From contig JBKHBH010000016.1 in the NCBI GenBank assembly GCA_046542505.1, positions 1-31,199 of the forward strand: a stretch of 31,199 nt of DNA, in the 5' to 3' direction. Positions 15,950-24,959 of this stretch are shown here, piece after piece. The notes under the pieces are model-generated. The model was given only the letters and a program-made list of their open reading frames with translations, had not been told where the DNA came from and made no database searches. Source of the DNA: Thermovirgaceae bacterium. GTDB lineage: Bacteria; Synergistota; Synergistia; Synergistales; Thermovirgaceae. Position numbers and translations under genes: made by a program. Numbering within the stretch: the first letter of the stretch is position 1; each line of letters starts with the position of its first letter.

Positions 15950-18094
15950 ATGGCCGCGACAAAGGGCAAGGCCGTGAAAATAGGCCCCCTCGAGCGCATG
16001 ATGAACTACTCCGACATGGGCATCACCATCATGGTGGTCCTCATCGTGGCCATGATGGTGGTGCCTCTCCCCACGGGCATCCTGGACATCTTCCTTGCCC
16101 TCAACATCACCTTTGCTGTGGTGGTTCTTTTGACCACCTTTTATGTCCAGAACGCCCTGGAAATCGCCGCATTCCCCTCGATTCTTCTGGTCATGACCCT
16201 TTACCGCCTTGCCCTGAACGTCTCCACCACGCGACTGATTCTCCTTGACGGTTATGCGGGAAAGCTCATCAGCGCCTTCGGGAATTTCGTCGTCGGCGGC
16301 AACTACGTCGTCGGTGGCGTGGTGTTCCTCATCCTGGTCCTGATCCAGTTTCTGGTGATTACCAAGGGCGCCGAGCGGGTGGCGGAGGTCCAGGCCCGCT
16401 TTCAGCTCGACGGGATGCCGGGGAAGCAGATGGCCATCGACGCCGACCTGGGGAGTGGACTCATCGACGAACAGACAGCCAAAGAACGTCGGAAGATGGT
16501 CCAGCGCGAGGCCGACTTTTTCGGCGCCATGGACGGGGCCTCCAAATTTGTCAAGGGCGACGCCATTGCAGGGCTTTTGATCACTACCATCAACATCATC
16601 GGCGGCATCTGTATCGGGCTTTTCCAGCAGGGCATGACCCTCGCAGAAGTGGCTCAGCGTTTCAGCCTGCTCACCGTGGGTGATGGCCTGGTTGCCCAGA
16701 TCCCGGCGTTGATTCTCTCCACGGCCACGGGCATCCTGGTGACACGCTGTGCCGGCGAGAGCCACCTCGGGAAGGATATCACTCGTTCCCTGATCAACCA
16801 TTACAGGCCGCTCTGGGTGGGGGCGGTGCTGCTGCTTGCACTGGCTGTCGTTCCGGGATTTCCGAAGATTCCTTTCATCATGCTGGCCGGTTTTCTGTGG
16901 CTTCAGGGCCACTGGGTTTCGAAAAACGGCAAGGATGGCGCCGAAACGGCGGAAGGCGGGAAAACCCGAACGACAGCAGCCCCGGAGGCGGGCCGGAAAC
17001 CTGGAGAACCGGCTCCTCAGGCGGTGTCTCCCGGGGGGTTCGACAATGCCATGAAACTGTTGGCCGTCGACCCCCTGGAGCTTGAGGTTGGGTATGCCTT
17101 GATTCCCCTCATCGAGGCCTCAAAGGGTGGCGACCTTCTCGAGAGGATCCAGACCCTGCGCCGGCAAATGGCCCTCGAGCTGGGTGTGGTTACGCCTCCC
17201 GTGCGGATCAAGGACAACCTGCAGCTGAACCCCACGGCCTACGTTATCAAGGTCAGGGGTGTACCCGAAAAATCGGCGGAACTCGTCCCGGACCAGTTCC
17301 TTGCCATCGACACGGGCAACGTCAAGGGTGATCTGGTGGGGATCCCGACGAAGGAGCCTTCCTTCGGGCTCGACGCCGTCTGGATATCTCCGGAGCTCCG
17401 CTCCAGAGCCGAGGCCCTGGGATACACCGTGGTGGACGCGCCTTCCGTATTGGCCACACATCTTTCGGAAGTGGTGAGGGCCAATGCTGCTGACCTTCTC
17501 ACACGACAGACCGTCCAGGAAATGGTGGATATCGTCAAGGAGACGTCACCGGCGGTGGTGGAGGAACTGTTCCAGTACCTGGGGCTCGGTGACGTCCAGA
17601 AGGTTCTTCAGAACCTGGTGAGAGAAAAGGTTCCTATCAGGGACCTGGCAGGGATCTTCGAGACTTTGGCTGACTACGGGCGCTCCACCCAAAGCGCCGA
17701 TTTCCTTTCCGAGCGGGCCCGGGAGGGCTTGAGGCGGGTCATTCTCTCTTCCTGTGTTTCGGAGGAGGCGGGTGAACTGACGGCGGTGACCCTCTCTCCA
17801 GAGTGGGAAAAGGTCATCAAGGAATCCGTCCAGGGCAATCTCGTGGAAGGGTGGCGGATCAAGATGAAACCCGAGGACATGCGAAGCTTCGTCAGGGCGG
17901 TGGGGAACGCCACGGAGCCGTTGATGAAGGAGAGCATACCCCAGGTGCTCCTCTGTCATCCAGACGTGCGACTTTTCGTGCGCCGGATCCTGGAGAAGCA
18001 TTTCCCCAACGTGATCGTCCTCGGGTACAACGAACTCGATGGGGACGTGAGGCTCAAGACCGTCGGCGTCGTCGACGGCGCCTCGGATTCCTGA
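15950..18094 (+). CDS. flhA: Flagellar export gate protein FlhA
   Basis: RLALNVSTTRLIL, ITKGAERVAEVQARFQLDGMPGKQMAIDADL, FFGAMDGASKFVKGDAIAG. Confidence 0.98.
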   Translation: MAATKGKAVKIGPLERMMNYSDMGITIMVVLIVAMMVVPLPTGILDIFLALNITFAVVVLLTTFYVQNALEIAAFPSILLVMTLYRLALNVSTTRLILLDGYAGKLISAFGNFVVGGNYVVGGVVFLILVLIQFLVITKGAERVAEVQARFQLDGMPGKQMAIDADLGSGLIDEQTAKERRKMVQREADFFGAMDGASKFVKGDAIAGLLITTINIIGGICIGLFQQGMTLAEVAQRFSLLTVGDGLVAQIPALILSTATGILVTRCAGESHLGKDITRSLINHYRPLWVGAVLLLALAVVPGFPKIPFIMLAGFLWLQGHWVSKNGKDGAETAEGGKTRTTAAPEAGRKPGEPAPQAVSPGGFDNAMKLLAVDPLELEVGYALIPLIEASKGGDLLERIQTLRRQMALELGVVTPPVRIKDNLQLNPTAYVIKVRGVPEKSAELVPDQFLAIDTGNVKGDLVGIPTKEPSFGLDAVWISPELRSRAEALGYTVVDAPSVLATHLSEVVRANAADLLTRQTVQEMVDIVKETSPAVVEELFQYLGLGDVQKVLQNLVREKVPIRDLAGIFETLADYGRSTQSADFLSERAREGLRRVILSSCVSEEAGELTAVTLSPEWEKVIKESVQGNLVEGWRIKMKPEDMRSFVRAVGNATEPLMKESIPQVLLCHPDVRLFVRRILEKHFPNVIVLGYNELDGDVRLKTVGVVDGASDS

Positions 18095-18115
18095 AAACCG
18101 GTAAGGGTGTTGTAA

Positions 18116-18847
18116 ATGAGCAGGGACAGGAAACGGCGAAGAAATTTCGACGATCAAACCGGCGGAAGCTGGCTGACCACCTACAGCGACATGGTGACGC
18201 TTCTTCTGACGTTTTTTGTGCTCCTTTTTACTTTCTCCACAATCGACGTGATGAAGTTCCAGAAGCTCATCCTGTCCTTCAGGGGGGCCATAGGGGTTAT
18301 CGACGGGGGCAGGTCCGTCCAGGAAGACGAGGCTGTTTTTTCGGGCCAGACCATGGTCGACGCCGGTGAATCCAAGGTCCAGACGACGGACATCATGAAG
18401 GTGGCCGAGAGGATTCAGGAGACCATCAAGGAACAAGGCCTCGAGCACGAAGTGACCGTGGCCGTCAACGAGCGGGGTGTGGTGGTCTCCATCGCCGAAG
18501 GGGTGCTTTTCAAAACGGGAGCCTACGAGCTGCGTCCCGACGGCGTGGATGTCATCGCGTCCATCGGAAACATCCTGCAGGAGATCGACAACCAGGTTTC
18601 CGTGGAGGGGCACACCGATAACGTGCCCTTCAGGAGGGGTGGATTCGTGGGTGACAACTGGGCCCTGTCCTCCCTTCGGGCCGCCAGGATCGTGGCCGTT
18701 CTGGAGAGGCGTTCCGGCATCGAAACCCGGAGACTCCAGTCTGTGGGCTACGGACCCTCGAGGCCGATCATGCCCAACGATACGGCTGAGCACAGACAGA
18801 TGAACCGTCGGGCGGACATCGTCATCCTCTCCGAAAACGGCGGGTGA
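18116..18847 (+). CDS. motB: Stator B subunit (MotB/MotS/PomB family), OmpA-like PG-binding domain
   Basis: WLTTYSDMVTLLLTFFVLLF TM with conserved Asp; VEGHTDN, NWALSSLRA, NRRADIVI. Confidence 0.95.
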   Translation: MSRDRKRRRNFDDQTGGSWLTTYSDMVTLLLTFFVLLFTFSTIDVMKFQKLILSFRGAIGVIDGGRSVQEDEAVFSGQTMVDAGESKVQTTDIMKVAERIQETIKEQGLEHEVTVAVNERGVVVSIAEGVLFKTGAYELRPDGVDVIASIGNILQEIDNQVSVEGHTDNVPFRRGGFVGDNWALSSLRAARIVAVLERRSGIETRRLQSVGYGPSRPIMPNDTAEHRQMNRRADIVILSENGG

Positions 18848-18855
18848 TCGGCCCG

Positions 18856-18888
18856 AGGGCTTGCGGCGTTTGAAACGCCTTGAGCCCT
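18856..18888. other. Intergenic stem-loop between motB and yvyF-like gene
   Basis: AGGGCT-TGC-GGCGTT-TGA-AACGCC-TTG-AGCCCT; followed by TATACT rather than a clear U-tract. Confidence 0.45.
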
Positions 18889-18943
18889 TATACTCCTTCG
18901 GGAAGAGGAACCGTGGGGAGAAGCTCCGTATGGGGGGATTTTC

Positions 18944-19333
18944 ATGCATGTCCGGAAACTGGAAAACTGCAAAATCTGTGGAAAAGTCTTCCTGTATCAC
19001 GGCGGAATCGTCGTCTGTGACAAATGCAAACGGGATCTTGACGACATCTACGCCAAGGCGAGGGAGATTTTGCGAAACAAGAAAACCACAGAGGAATTCG
19101 ACAGCATCGCTCTTGCCGAGGAAATCGGCGTGGACCCGATCTACATCCATATCCTCGTCGAGGGAGGTTATTTCGAAAGGGACGGGTTCGAACTGGATAA
19201 CAGCGCATCGGCACGGAGGAACCTGGCGAGGGAGATAGAAGCCGAGCTGAACAAAAAGAAGCCCAAAACTTCAGAGAATAAGCCATCCTCGCGGGGAATG
19301 TTCCTCGATGAGCGGCGAAGGAAGGACCAATAA
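18944..19333 (+). CDS. Flagellar operon zinc-finger protein, YvyF-like
   Basis: LENCKICGKVF...VVCDKC (2x CxxC) followed by HTH-like LAEEIGVDPIYIHILVEGG; RBS GGGGGGA. Confidence 0.75.
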   Translation: MHVRKLENCKICGKVFLYHGGIVVCDKCKRDLDDIYAKAREILRNKKTTEEFDSIALAEEIGVDPIYIHILVEGGYFERDGFELDNSASARRNLAREIEAELNKKKPKTSENKPSSRGMFLDERRRKDQ

Positions 19334-19402
19334 CAAGACCGACAAGCCGGCAAAGCGTGTCAAGCGACCGTATCAGGCCGGCGGGGAAGAGGTGACGCGG
19401 CG

Positions 19403-21364
19403 GTGGACATGAAAGACAAATACCTTGGCCCTTTTCTTGACGAAACGGAGGAAAACCTCCAGAAGCTCAACGACTGTCTTCTTGCCTTCGAAGGGGGAAA
19501 GACGGACGTCATCGACGAAATGTTCAGGGTGGCCCACACCCTGAAGGGAATGGCGGGGACCATGGGCTTCAAAAGCATGATGTCCTTGACCCATGCCATG
19601 GAGGATGTCCTCGACGGTGTCCGGAAGCAGACGTACCATCTCCGGCGAAAGGAGGACATCACACTCCTGTTCAATTGCCTCGACACGCTCAACGCCCTGC
19701 TGGAAGAGATCCGCTCCAGTGGTGACGACAGCACCATCGATACGGCGCCACTGGTGGGGAAACTGCACCGGATCCTGGTACCAGAAGGTGGCGGCGACCC
19801 CGGCGATTCTTCAGGTGAGACTTCCGACATCGAAAATCCCGGTGCCGGGGGGGCGCTTCTTGACGTGCGGGTCACACTCAGCGGAGAGTGCATGCTCAAG
19901 GGCGCCAGGGCCTTCATGGTTTTCGAGGAAGTCGGTTCCCTTGGCAGGATCGTCGATTCCGACCCTCCCGAGAAAACCCTGATGGATGGCGAATACGAGG
20001 GCGGCGAATTCCAATTTGTCCTCGAAACGGACAGTCCCCCCGAGGCAGTGAGAGAGGTGATTTTGAGCGTGAGCGAGATCGAATCCTGTGAAATCACCTC
20101 CCAGACCGGGCAGACCGGCGACGAGGACGTCAGAGACAGGGAGGAAAACGAAGGGCCTGAAGAGATGGCTTCCTCGAACAACAGGACAACCTCCACCGCG
20201 TCCTACAGGACCAACCAGACCGTCAGGGTCGATGTCCAGAGACTTGACAAGCTGCTCAACCTGGTAGGGGAGCTCGTCATCGGGCGCTCCCGGATCGAAC
20301 GGCTCGCGAATGAAAGTGATTCGAAGGAGTTCGAGGAACCCATCCTCCAGCTGGGCCGGATCTCCAAGGAAATCCAGGAGCTCGTAACGAAACTCAGGAT
20401 GCTGCCCATAAGCTTCATCTTTGACCGGTTTCCCAGGCTGGTCAGGGATCTCTCCAACGAGCTCGGAAAAAAAGTAGACCTCGAAATCGAGGGTCGCGAG
20501 ACGGAACTTGACCGGTCTGTCATCGACGAGATCGGCGATCCCATGGTGCACCTCATCCGGAACAGCCTGGACCACGGCCTGGAAAGCCCTGAGGATCGCG
20601 TCGCCACAGGCAAGAACGAAACGGGGCTGCTGAGGGTCAGGGCCTACCAGGATGGCAGCAGCGTCGTGGTGGCCGTCGAGGACGACGGCCGGGGCATCGA
20701 CTGCCGGAAGATTATCGATACCGCCCTTGACCGTGGACTCATAACGGAGGAACAGGCGGAGAACATGAGCGAGCGGGAGACTTACCAGCTTCTCTTCCTG
20801 CCAGGTTTCAGTACCTCCAGTGAAGTGACGGATCTTTCCGGCAGGGGTGTGGGAATGGATGCCGTCAAAAGCAAGGTGGAAGCTCTCGGCGGCCGTATCT
20901 CCGTCGAGTCCGAAGTTGGCCGGGGCACCGTGGTAAAGGTCAAGCTCCCAATCACGCTGGCCATCGTCCTGGCCCTGCTGGTTGAGATCTACGGAAGGAC
21001 CTACGCCATCCCCCTGGAGAGCGTCGACGAAACGCTTCGGGTGGGAAGGGAGCAGGTGAAGGTCACAAACGGCAGCCTGGTAACGGTCCTCAGGGGCGAG
21101 GTGCTTCCCCTCGTGGATGCCCGGAAATTCTACGATCTGCCCGAAGGGGAAGAAGAAGGGGATCTGGCCGTTGTGGTCATGCGGACAGGGTTCCGTCGCG
21201 TGGGTTTCATCGTCGACGAATTCGTGGGACAGCAGGAAATCGTCATCAAGAGCTTCGGGGACACGGGCATCACCAAGATCCGCTGGTTCTCGGGCGGGAC
21301 AATTCTCGGTGACGGGAGCGTCGTGCTCATCATCGATCCGTCGGCCGTGGAAGAAACAGCCTGA
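19403..21364 (+). CDS. cheA: Chemotaxis histidine kinase CheA
   Basis: Hpt FRVAHTLKGMA, P2 domain, TVRVDVQRLDKLLNLVGEL, HLIRNSLDHGLE, GFSTSSEVTDLSGRGVGMD, C-term CheW domain. Confidence 0.98.
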   Translation: MDMKDKYLGPFLDETEENLQKLNDCLLAFEGGKTDVIDEMFRVAHTLKGMAGTMGFKSMMSLTHAMEDVLDGVRKQTYHLRRKEDITLLFNCLDTLNALLEEIRSSGDDSTIDTAPLVGKLHRILVPEGGGDPGDSSGETSDIENPGAGGALLDVRVTLSGECMLKGARAFMVFEEVGSLGRIVDSDPPEKTLMDGEYEGGEFQFVLETDSPPEAVREVILSVSEIESCEITSQTGQTGDEDVRDREENEGPEEMASSNNRTTSTASYRTNQTVRVDVQRLDKLLNLVGELVIGRSRIERLANESDSKEFEEPILQLGRISKEIQELVTKLRMLPISFIFDRFPRLVRDLSNELGKKVDLEIEGRETELDRSVIDEIGDPMVHLIRNSLDHGLESPEDRVATGKNETGLLRVRAYQDGSSVVVAVEDDGRGIDCRKIIDTALDRGLITEEQAENMSERETYQLLFLPGFSTSSEVTDLSGRGVGMDAVKSKVEALGGRISVESEVGRGTVVKVKLPITLAIVLALLVEIYGRTYAIPLESVDETLRVGREQVKVTNGSLVTVLRGEVLPLVDARKFYDLPEGEEEGDLAVVVMRTGFRRVGFIVDEFVGQQEIVIKSFGDTGITKIRWFSGGTILGDGSVVLIIDPSAVEETA

Positions 21365-21386
21365 TCAGGCAGGCGGGAGGGGGCTC

Positions 21387-23264
21387 ATGCGGTCGGGTAC
21401 CGTCTTTTTGGCGATTACGGCGGCCATGGTGATGTTTTTCGCGGCCGGAGCTGTCGCCCAGCCGCTGCTTTTGCCCAGGGCCGCCGATCGCACCAAGGGC
21501 GAGGCCCTTTTCGCTTCGGCTTACAGGGATGTTCTCCAGGGGCGGATACCGGATGCCATGGAAACCCTGGACGAGGCCCTCCGGTGGGATCCGTACCTCG
21601 TGGAATACTACCTCCTCAAGGGGTATTGTCGTTACCTTGTCGGCGATTACGACAAGGCCACCGAGCTGCTGGGCCTGTACCTTGAGGTACGTCCCAGGGA
21701 TGCCTTCGCCGTGGGATTCCTCGAGCAGATAGAAAACCGGATGTCCCTTCTGGAGACGGTCCTCCGGGACGGCGTGGGACTCTCCCTTTCGGTGGGGTCC
21801 CCAGGATTTTTCCCTGACAGGATGGGGATTTCCGCCTTTTCGATAGACAGGTTCCGCCTTCCGGGACGGCCGGCGGGGTTCGGGAACCTGCTGGCCCTTT
21901 GTGACAGGTCGGAAGAAAAGGCCTGGCTCTTCGAATATCAAGAGGAAGAGGGCGAATGGAAGCGATTCTATGCCGGAGATGCCGGAGGTTCCATCGTGCG
22001 GATCCTTCCCGTCGAAAAGGATCGCATCTTTTTCATCTACGAGGATGGATCGATCCTGAGGGCCTATGTCTCAAAAGAGGGTATTTTTGAACGGCAAAAG
22101 GGACAGACAAAAGCCGCGGACCCCTCAGATGCGGTTTATGCAGGTGGCGGGACCCTTGTCGTTGCCGACAGGGTCGAAAGACAAATCCTCTTCGTCGATG
22201 CCGAAAGCCTCGAAGAGACAGGGCGTTGGCGTTCCGGTGATGAGTCTTTCGAGCCCGTGGCGCTGGCGGCGTTGGGGAGGTTTCTCGCCGTGGCCGACAG
22301 AAGCGGCGGACTCTTCGTCATGGATCTCGAAACGCGGGAACTTTGCAGGGAGGTCCCGATACCAGAGCCCGTAAGGGCCGTGGAGTGGATGAACTCTTCC
22401 AATCTCCTGGTCCTTGTCGAGGGGGGGGACCTCTACCATTTGAAACCGGCTTCCGGCGAACCGGCGAAAAAAGTTGCAACGATCTTCCCGGAAGCCTGGT
22501 TCCTGTTTTCCATCGACAGAAACGTCATGATCGCCGATACGAGGCTCTATCGGTGCAGCACGGTAAAAGGACATGCAAGCCGTGGGACGCTGGTCCTGAG
22601 GGAACCGAAACCGGTGGATTCCGGAAACGGGAGCCTTTTCAAGGTCTCCGCCAGGGTGCTGCGCCCTCTTGGCGCGGGAAAACAGGGGAATTTCCTGTTT
22701 CAGGGCGTCCTCGGTGGCTACAGGATCGACATAGGCGGAACCCTCCAACACGAGGGGGATCCGCCACTTGTTCCGAAACTCCCCGTGAAGACGCCATTGT
22801 GGGAACTGGAGGACCTGTCGGACCTTCCTGAGGCCTGCGTTATCGATGCCTCGGAAGCGCCCCGTGAGGAATCCTGGCTGAAGAAGCTCGGAGGATTCGC
22901 CCTTTCCCAGGGAGTAACAATACACATCCTCGCCGAAAGGGCGCTCCCGACGCCGCAACTCCTTCGCCTCGCGGAGCTTACAGGGGGAGAGATCATCTTT
23001 TCCGATGAAAACGCCGGTTCCCTTGGAAGGCCCGAGAAATGGGCCCTGTCACTCCGGGTATCAGACCAGCTTCTGATGCCGGGCAATGGTGCGTGGGGAG
23101 GGGGACTTTTCCTCATCGGCAGGTCAGGTTCGTTGAGCATGGAAGACCGGTTCCCACTCTGGAGCGTTTTCGCACGACCGGTACAACTGCCTTCAGAGGA
23201 AGACGAAGAGGTGAAGGAGGAACCCGAAGAAACGGAAAAGAGGGTTTCAGGATCACGCCCCTGA
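21387..23264 (+). CDS. Exported protein: signal peptide + TPR + NHL/beta-propeller-like + degenerate vWA-like C-terminus (625 aa; start ATG 21387)
   Basis: RBS GGGAGG; MRSGTVFLAITAAMVMFFAAGAVA signal; TPR-like AMETLDEALRWDP/YYLLKGYCRYLVGDYDKA..YLEVRP; blades LALCD, LVVAD, LAVAD, VMIAD; ALSQGVTIHIL...LLRLAELTGGEII. Confidence 0.7.
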   Translation: MRSGTVFLAITAAMVMFFAAGAVAQPLLLPRAADRTKGEALFASAYRDVLQGRIPDAMETLDEALRWDPYLVEYYLLKGYCRYLVGDYDKATELLGLYLEVRPRDAFAVGFLEQIENRMSLLETVLRDGVGLSLSVGSPGFFPDRMGISAFSIDRFRLPGRPAGFGNLLALCDRSEEKAWLFEYQEEEGEWKRFYAGDAGGSIVRILPVEKDRIFFIYEDGSILRAYVSKEGIFERQKGQTKAADPSDAVYAGGGTLVVADRVERQILFVDAESLEETGRWRSGDESFEPVALAALGRFLAVADRSGGLFVMDLETRELCREVPIPEPVRAVEWMNSSNLLVLVEGGDLYHLKPASGEPAKKVATIFPEAWFLFSIDRNVMIADTRLYRCSTVKGHASRGTLVLREPKPVDSGNGSLFKVSARVLRPLGAGKQGNFLFQGVLGGYRIDIGGTLQHEGDPPLVPKLPVKTPLWELEDLSDLPEACVIDASEAPREESWLKKLGGFALSQGVTIHILAERALPTPQLLRLAELTGGEIIFSDENAGSLGRPEKWALSLRVSDQLLMPGNGAWGGGLFLIGRSGSLSMEDRFPLWSVFARPVQLPSEEDEEVKEEPEETEKRVSGSRP

Positions 23265-24077
23265 AGCTTCCTCGGCCGTTTCCGTGGCTGTGCGGTGTTG
23301 CCGCTTTGTCCGCTCCCTGAGCTTCTCCCGCTCTTCCGGAGGGAGGAAGACCTTGAGCTTCTCCTCCACGAGTCGGGGGTTCTCCCCGGCCTGGATGGAG
23401 AGGACGCCCTCGACGATGAGTTCCATGGCGGCCACCTTGTCGGCCGTCTGACGGGCGAGCTTCCTGGAAACGGGAATGGCGAAGGCGTTGGCCACGAAAG
23501 ACCCGTAGAAGGTCGTGATGAGGGCGATGGCCATGCCTGGCCCGAGCGCTTCGGGAGTATCCAGGTGGCGCAGCATCTGGATGAGCCCGATGAGGGTTCC
23601 GAGCATTCCAAAAGCCGGGGCCAGCTCACTCAAAAGATCGAAGGTCCGTTTGGAAGCCATTTCCCGGCGTTCGAGAAGATCGATCTCGGCATCAAGAATG
23701 GATTTCACCAGTTCCGGGGACGTCCCGTCTATGACCAGCTGGGTGGATTTCCGGATGAAATCGTTTTCGATCTTCCGGACTTCCTCCTCGAGGGCCAGAA
23801 GCCCTTCGGAACGGGACTTCCTCGAGAGGTTGACCATGACTTCCATGACGCCCACGAGATCGGTATGCTCGGCTTTTGCAAAGGCACGTTTCAGTGTCTG
23901 GGGGAGTTTTTTGAGCTCCTCCTTGGACGAGGCGGCGGCCACGGCACCGCAGGCTCCGCCGATGGCGATGAGGAAGGAGGGGAAATTGACGAAGGCTTCC
24001 GGAGAACCGCCGATGATGATCCCCGAGACAACAAGCGCAAACGTCCCGACGAGAAAGCCGATGGTGATGATATCCAC
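23253..24077 (-). CDS. motA: Stator A subunit (MotA/MotP/PomA family)
   Basis: FVNFPSFLIAIGG, SRSEGLLALEE, APAFGMLGTLIGLIQML, LGPGMAIALITTFYG, EGVLSIQAGENP; GTG start with GGGGG RBS. Confidence 0.96.
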   Translation of the reverse strand: MDIITIGFLVGTFALVVSGIIIGGSPEAFVNFPSFLIAIGGACGAVAAASSKEELKKLPQTLKRAFAKAEHTDLVGVMEVMVNLSRKSRSEGLLALEEEVRKIENDFIRKSTQLVIDGTSPELVKSILDAEIDLLERREMASKRTFDLLSELAPAFGMLGTLIGLIQMLRHLDTPEALGPGMAIALITTFYGSFVANAFAIPVSRKLARQTADKVAAMELIVEGVLSIQAGENPRLVEEKLKVFLPPEEREKLRERTKRQHRTATETAEEASGA

Positions 24078-24287
24078 GAAAACATCCCCCTTTGCACCCC
24101 GGTCCTCATGAAGACTGGGCTACCGCAGAAACAATGACCTACAAGAAGTATGAGTGCCGGAGTCCAAGGAAAAAACAAAAAGCGTGTTTGGGGGCTTTCG
24201 AAGCTTTTCGTTTCTGCCGAAATTGAAAGCAGGAGGGTCGGTTCGTATCCGGTTCGGATGAAAAAGAAACAGTCGGGGGTGGTGGTC

Positions 24288-24947
24288 ATGGCGATCGGGC
24301 AATGCCTGGGAGCCCTTGAAGAAGAACTCCAGTGGCCTGTGGAGGAAGTCAAAACGGAGGATGCGCTGCTCAGTGTCTCCTGCGATCCGCGGGTGAGACA
24401 GCACTATTTCTTCCTTCCCAGGGAAGGGAAGAAGTTGTCCGATGTCCAGAGGATACGATGCCTGGCTCACGCCTGGCTGGCGGAGAAGGTGCATCCGCTT
24501 TTTTCCGTTGTCGTTGCCGAGTGTCCCGACGGTTTCCCCGAAAAAGCCTTCAGTGAAACCCTGTGGCCCGTCTTGTCCATATCGCGGGTCTGGTTTGCCG
24601 ATGCCGTTGTGGTGGATCATTGTCCAGAAAGCGCCTCGGCCGACGTGAAAGCAAGGCTGAACATCCTCGAGGAGATCTTCCCCTCCGGCAAATTGCAGGG
24701 GGCCCTGTCGGATTGTCTCGAAGCGGCCCTGATCCTGGCGGAAGGGAACATCTTTTGCGGTATAGAGCGACAGGTCAGGGGCAAGCTTGCCGACATGGCC
24801 GACGTCTTCACCGGGACGGATCCCTTTTCCCCGTCACTGGACGTGTTGAAAGACCTCAACAACAGGTTGCTTGGCCTCTGGAGCCCTTTCAGGGTGGACG
24901 TGGCGGAAAACGCCGAGATGGGCATGGATACATGGCAGGTTTTTTAG
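24288..24947 (+). CDS. Hypothetical protein (~219 aa; alt. starts 24258/24150), possible degenerate zincin-like motif
   Basis: RBS GGGGGTGG before ATG 24288; fills the gap to the next gene (12 nt); RCLAHAWLAE segment. Confidence 0.65.
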   Translation: MAIGQCLGALEEELQWPVEEVKTEDALLSVSCDPRVRQHYFFLPREGKKLSDVQRIRCLAHAWLAEKVHPLFSVVVAECPDGFPEKAFSETLWPVLSISRVWFADAVVVDHCPESASADVKARLNILEEIFPSGKLQGALSDCLEAALILAEGNIFCGIERQVRGKLADMADVFTGTDPFSPSLDVLKDLNNRLLGLWSPFRVDVAENAEMGMDTWQVF

Positions 24948-24959
24948 GAGACTGACGGG

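Noticed and set aside
18861..18894. sigma70 promoter in motB-yvyF gap
   Set aside because: TATACT is present, but the candidate -35 hexamers lie 13 or 22 nt away and there is no extended TG motif.
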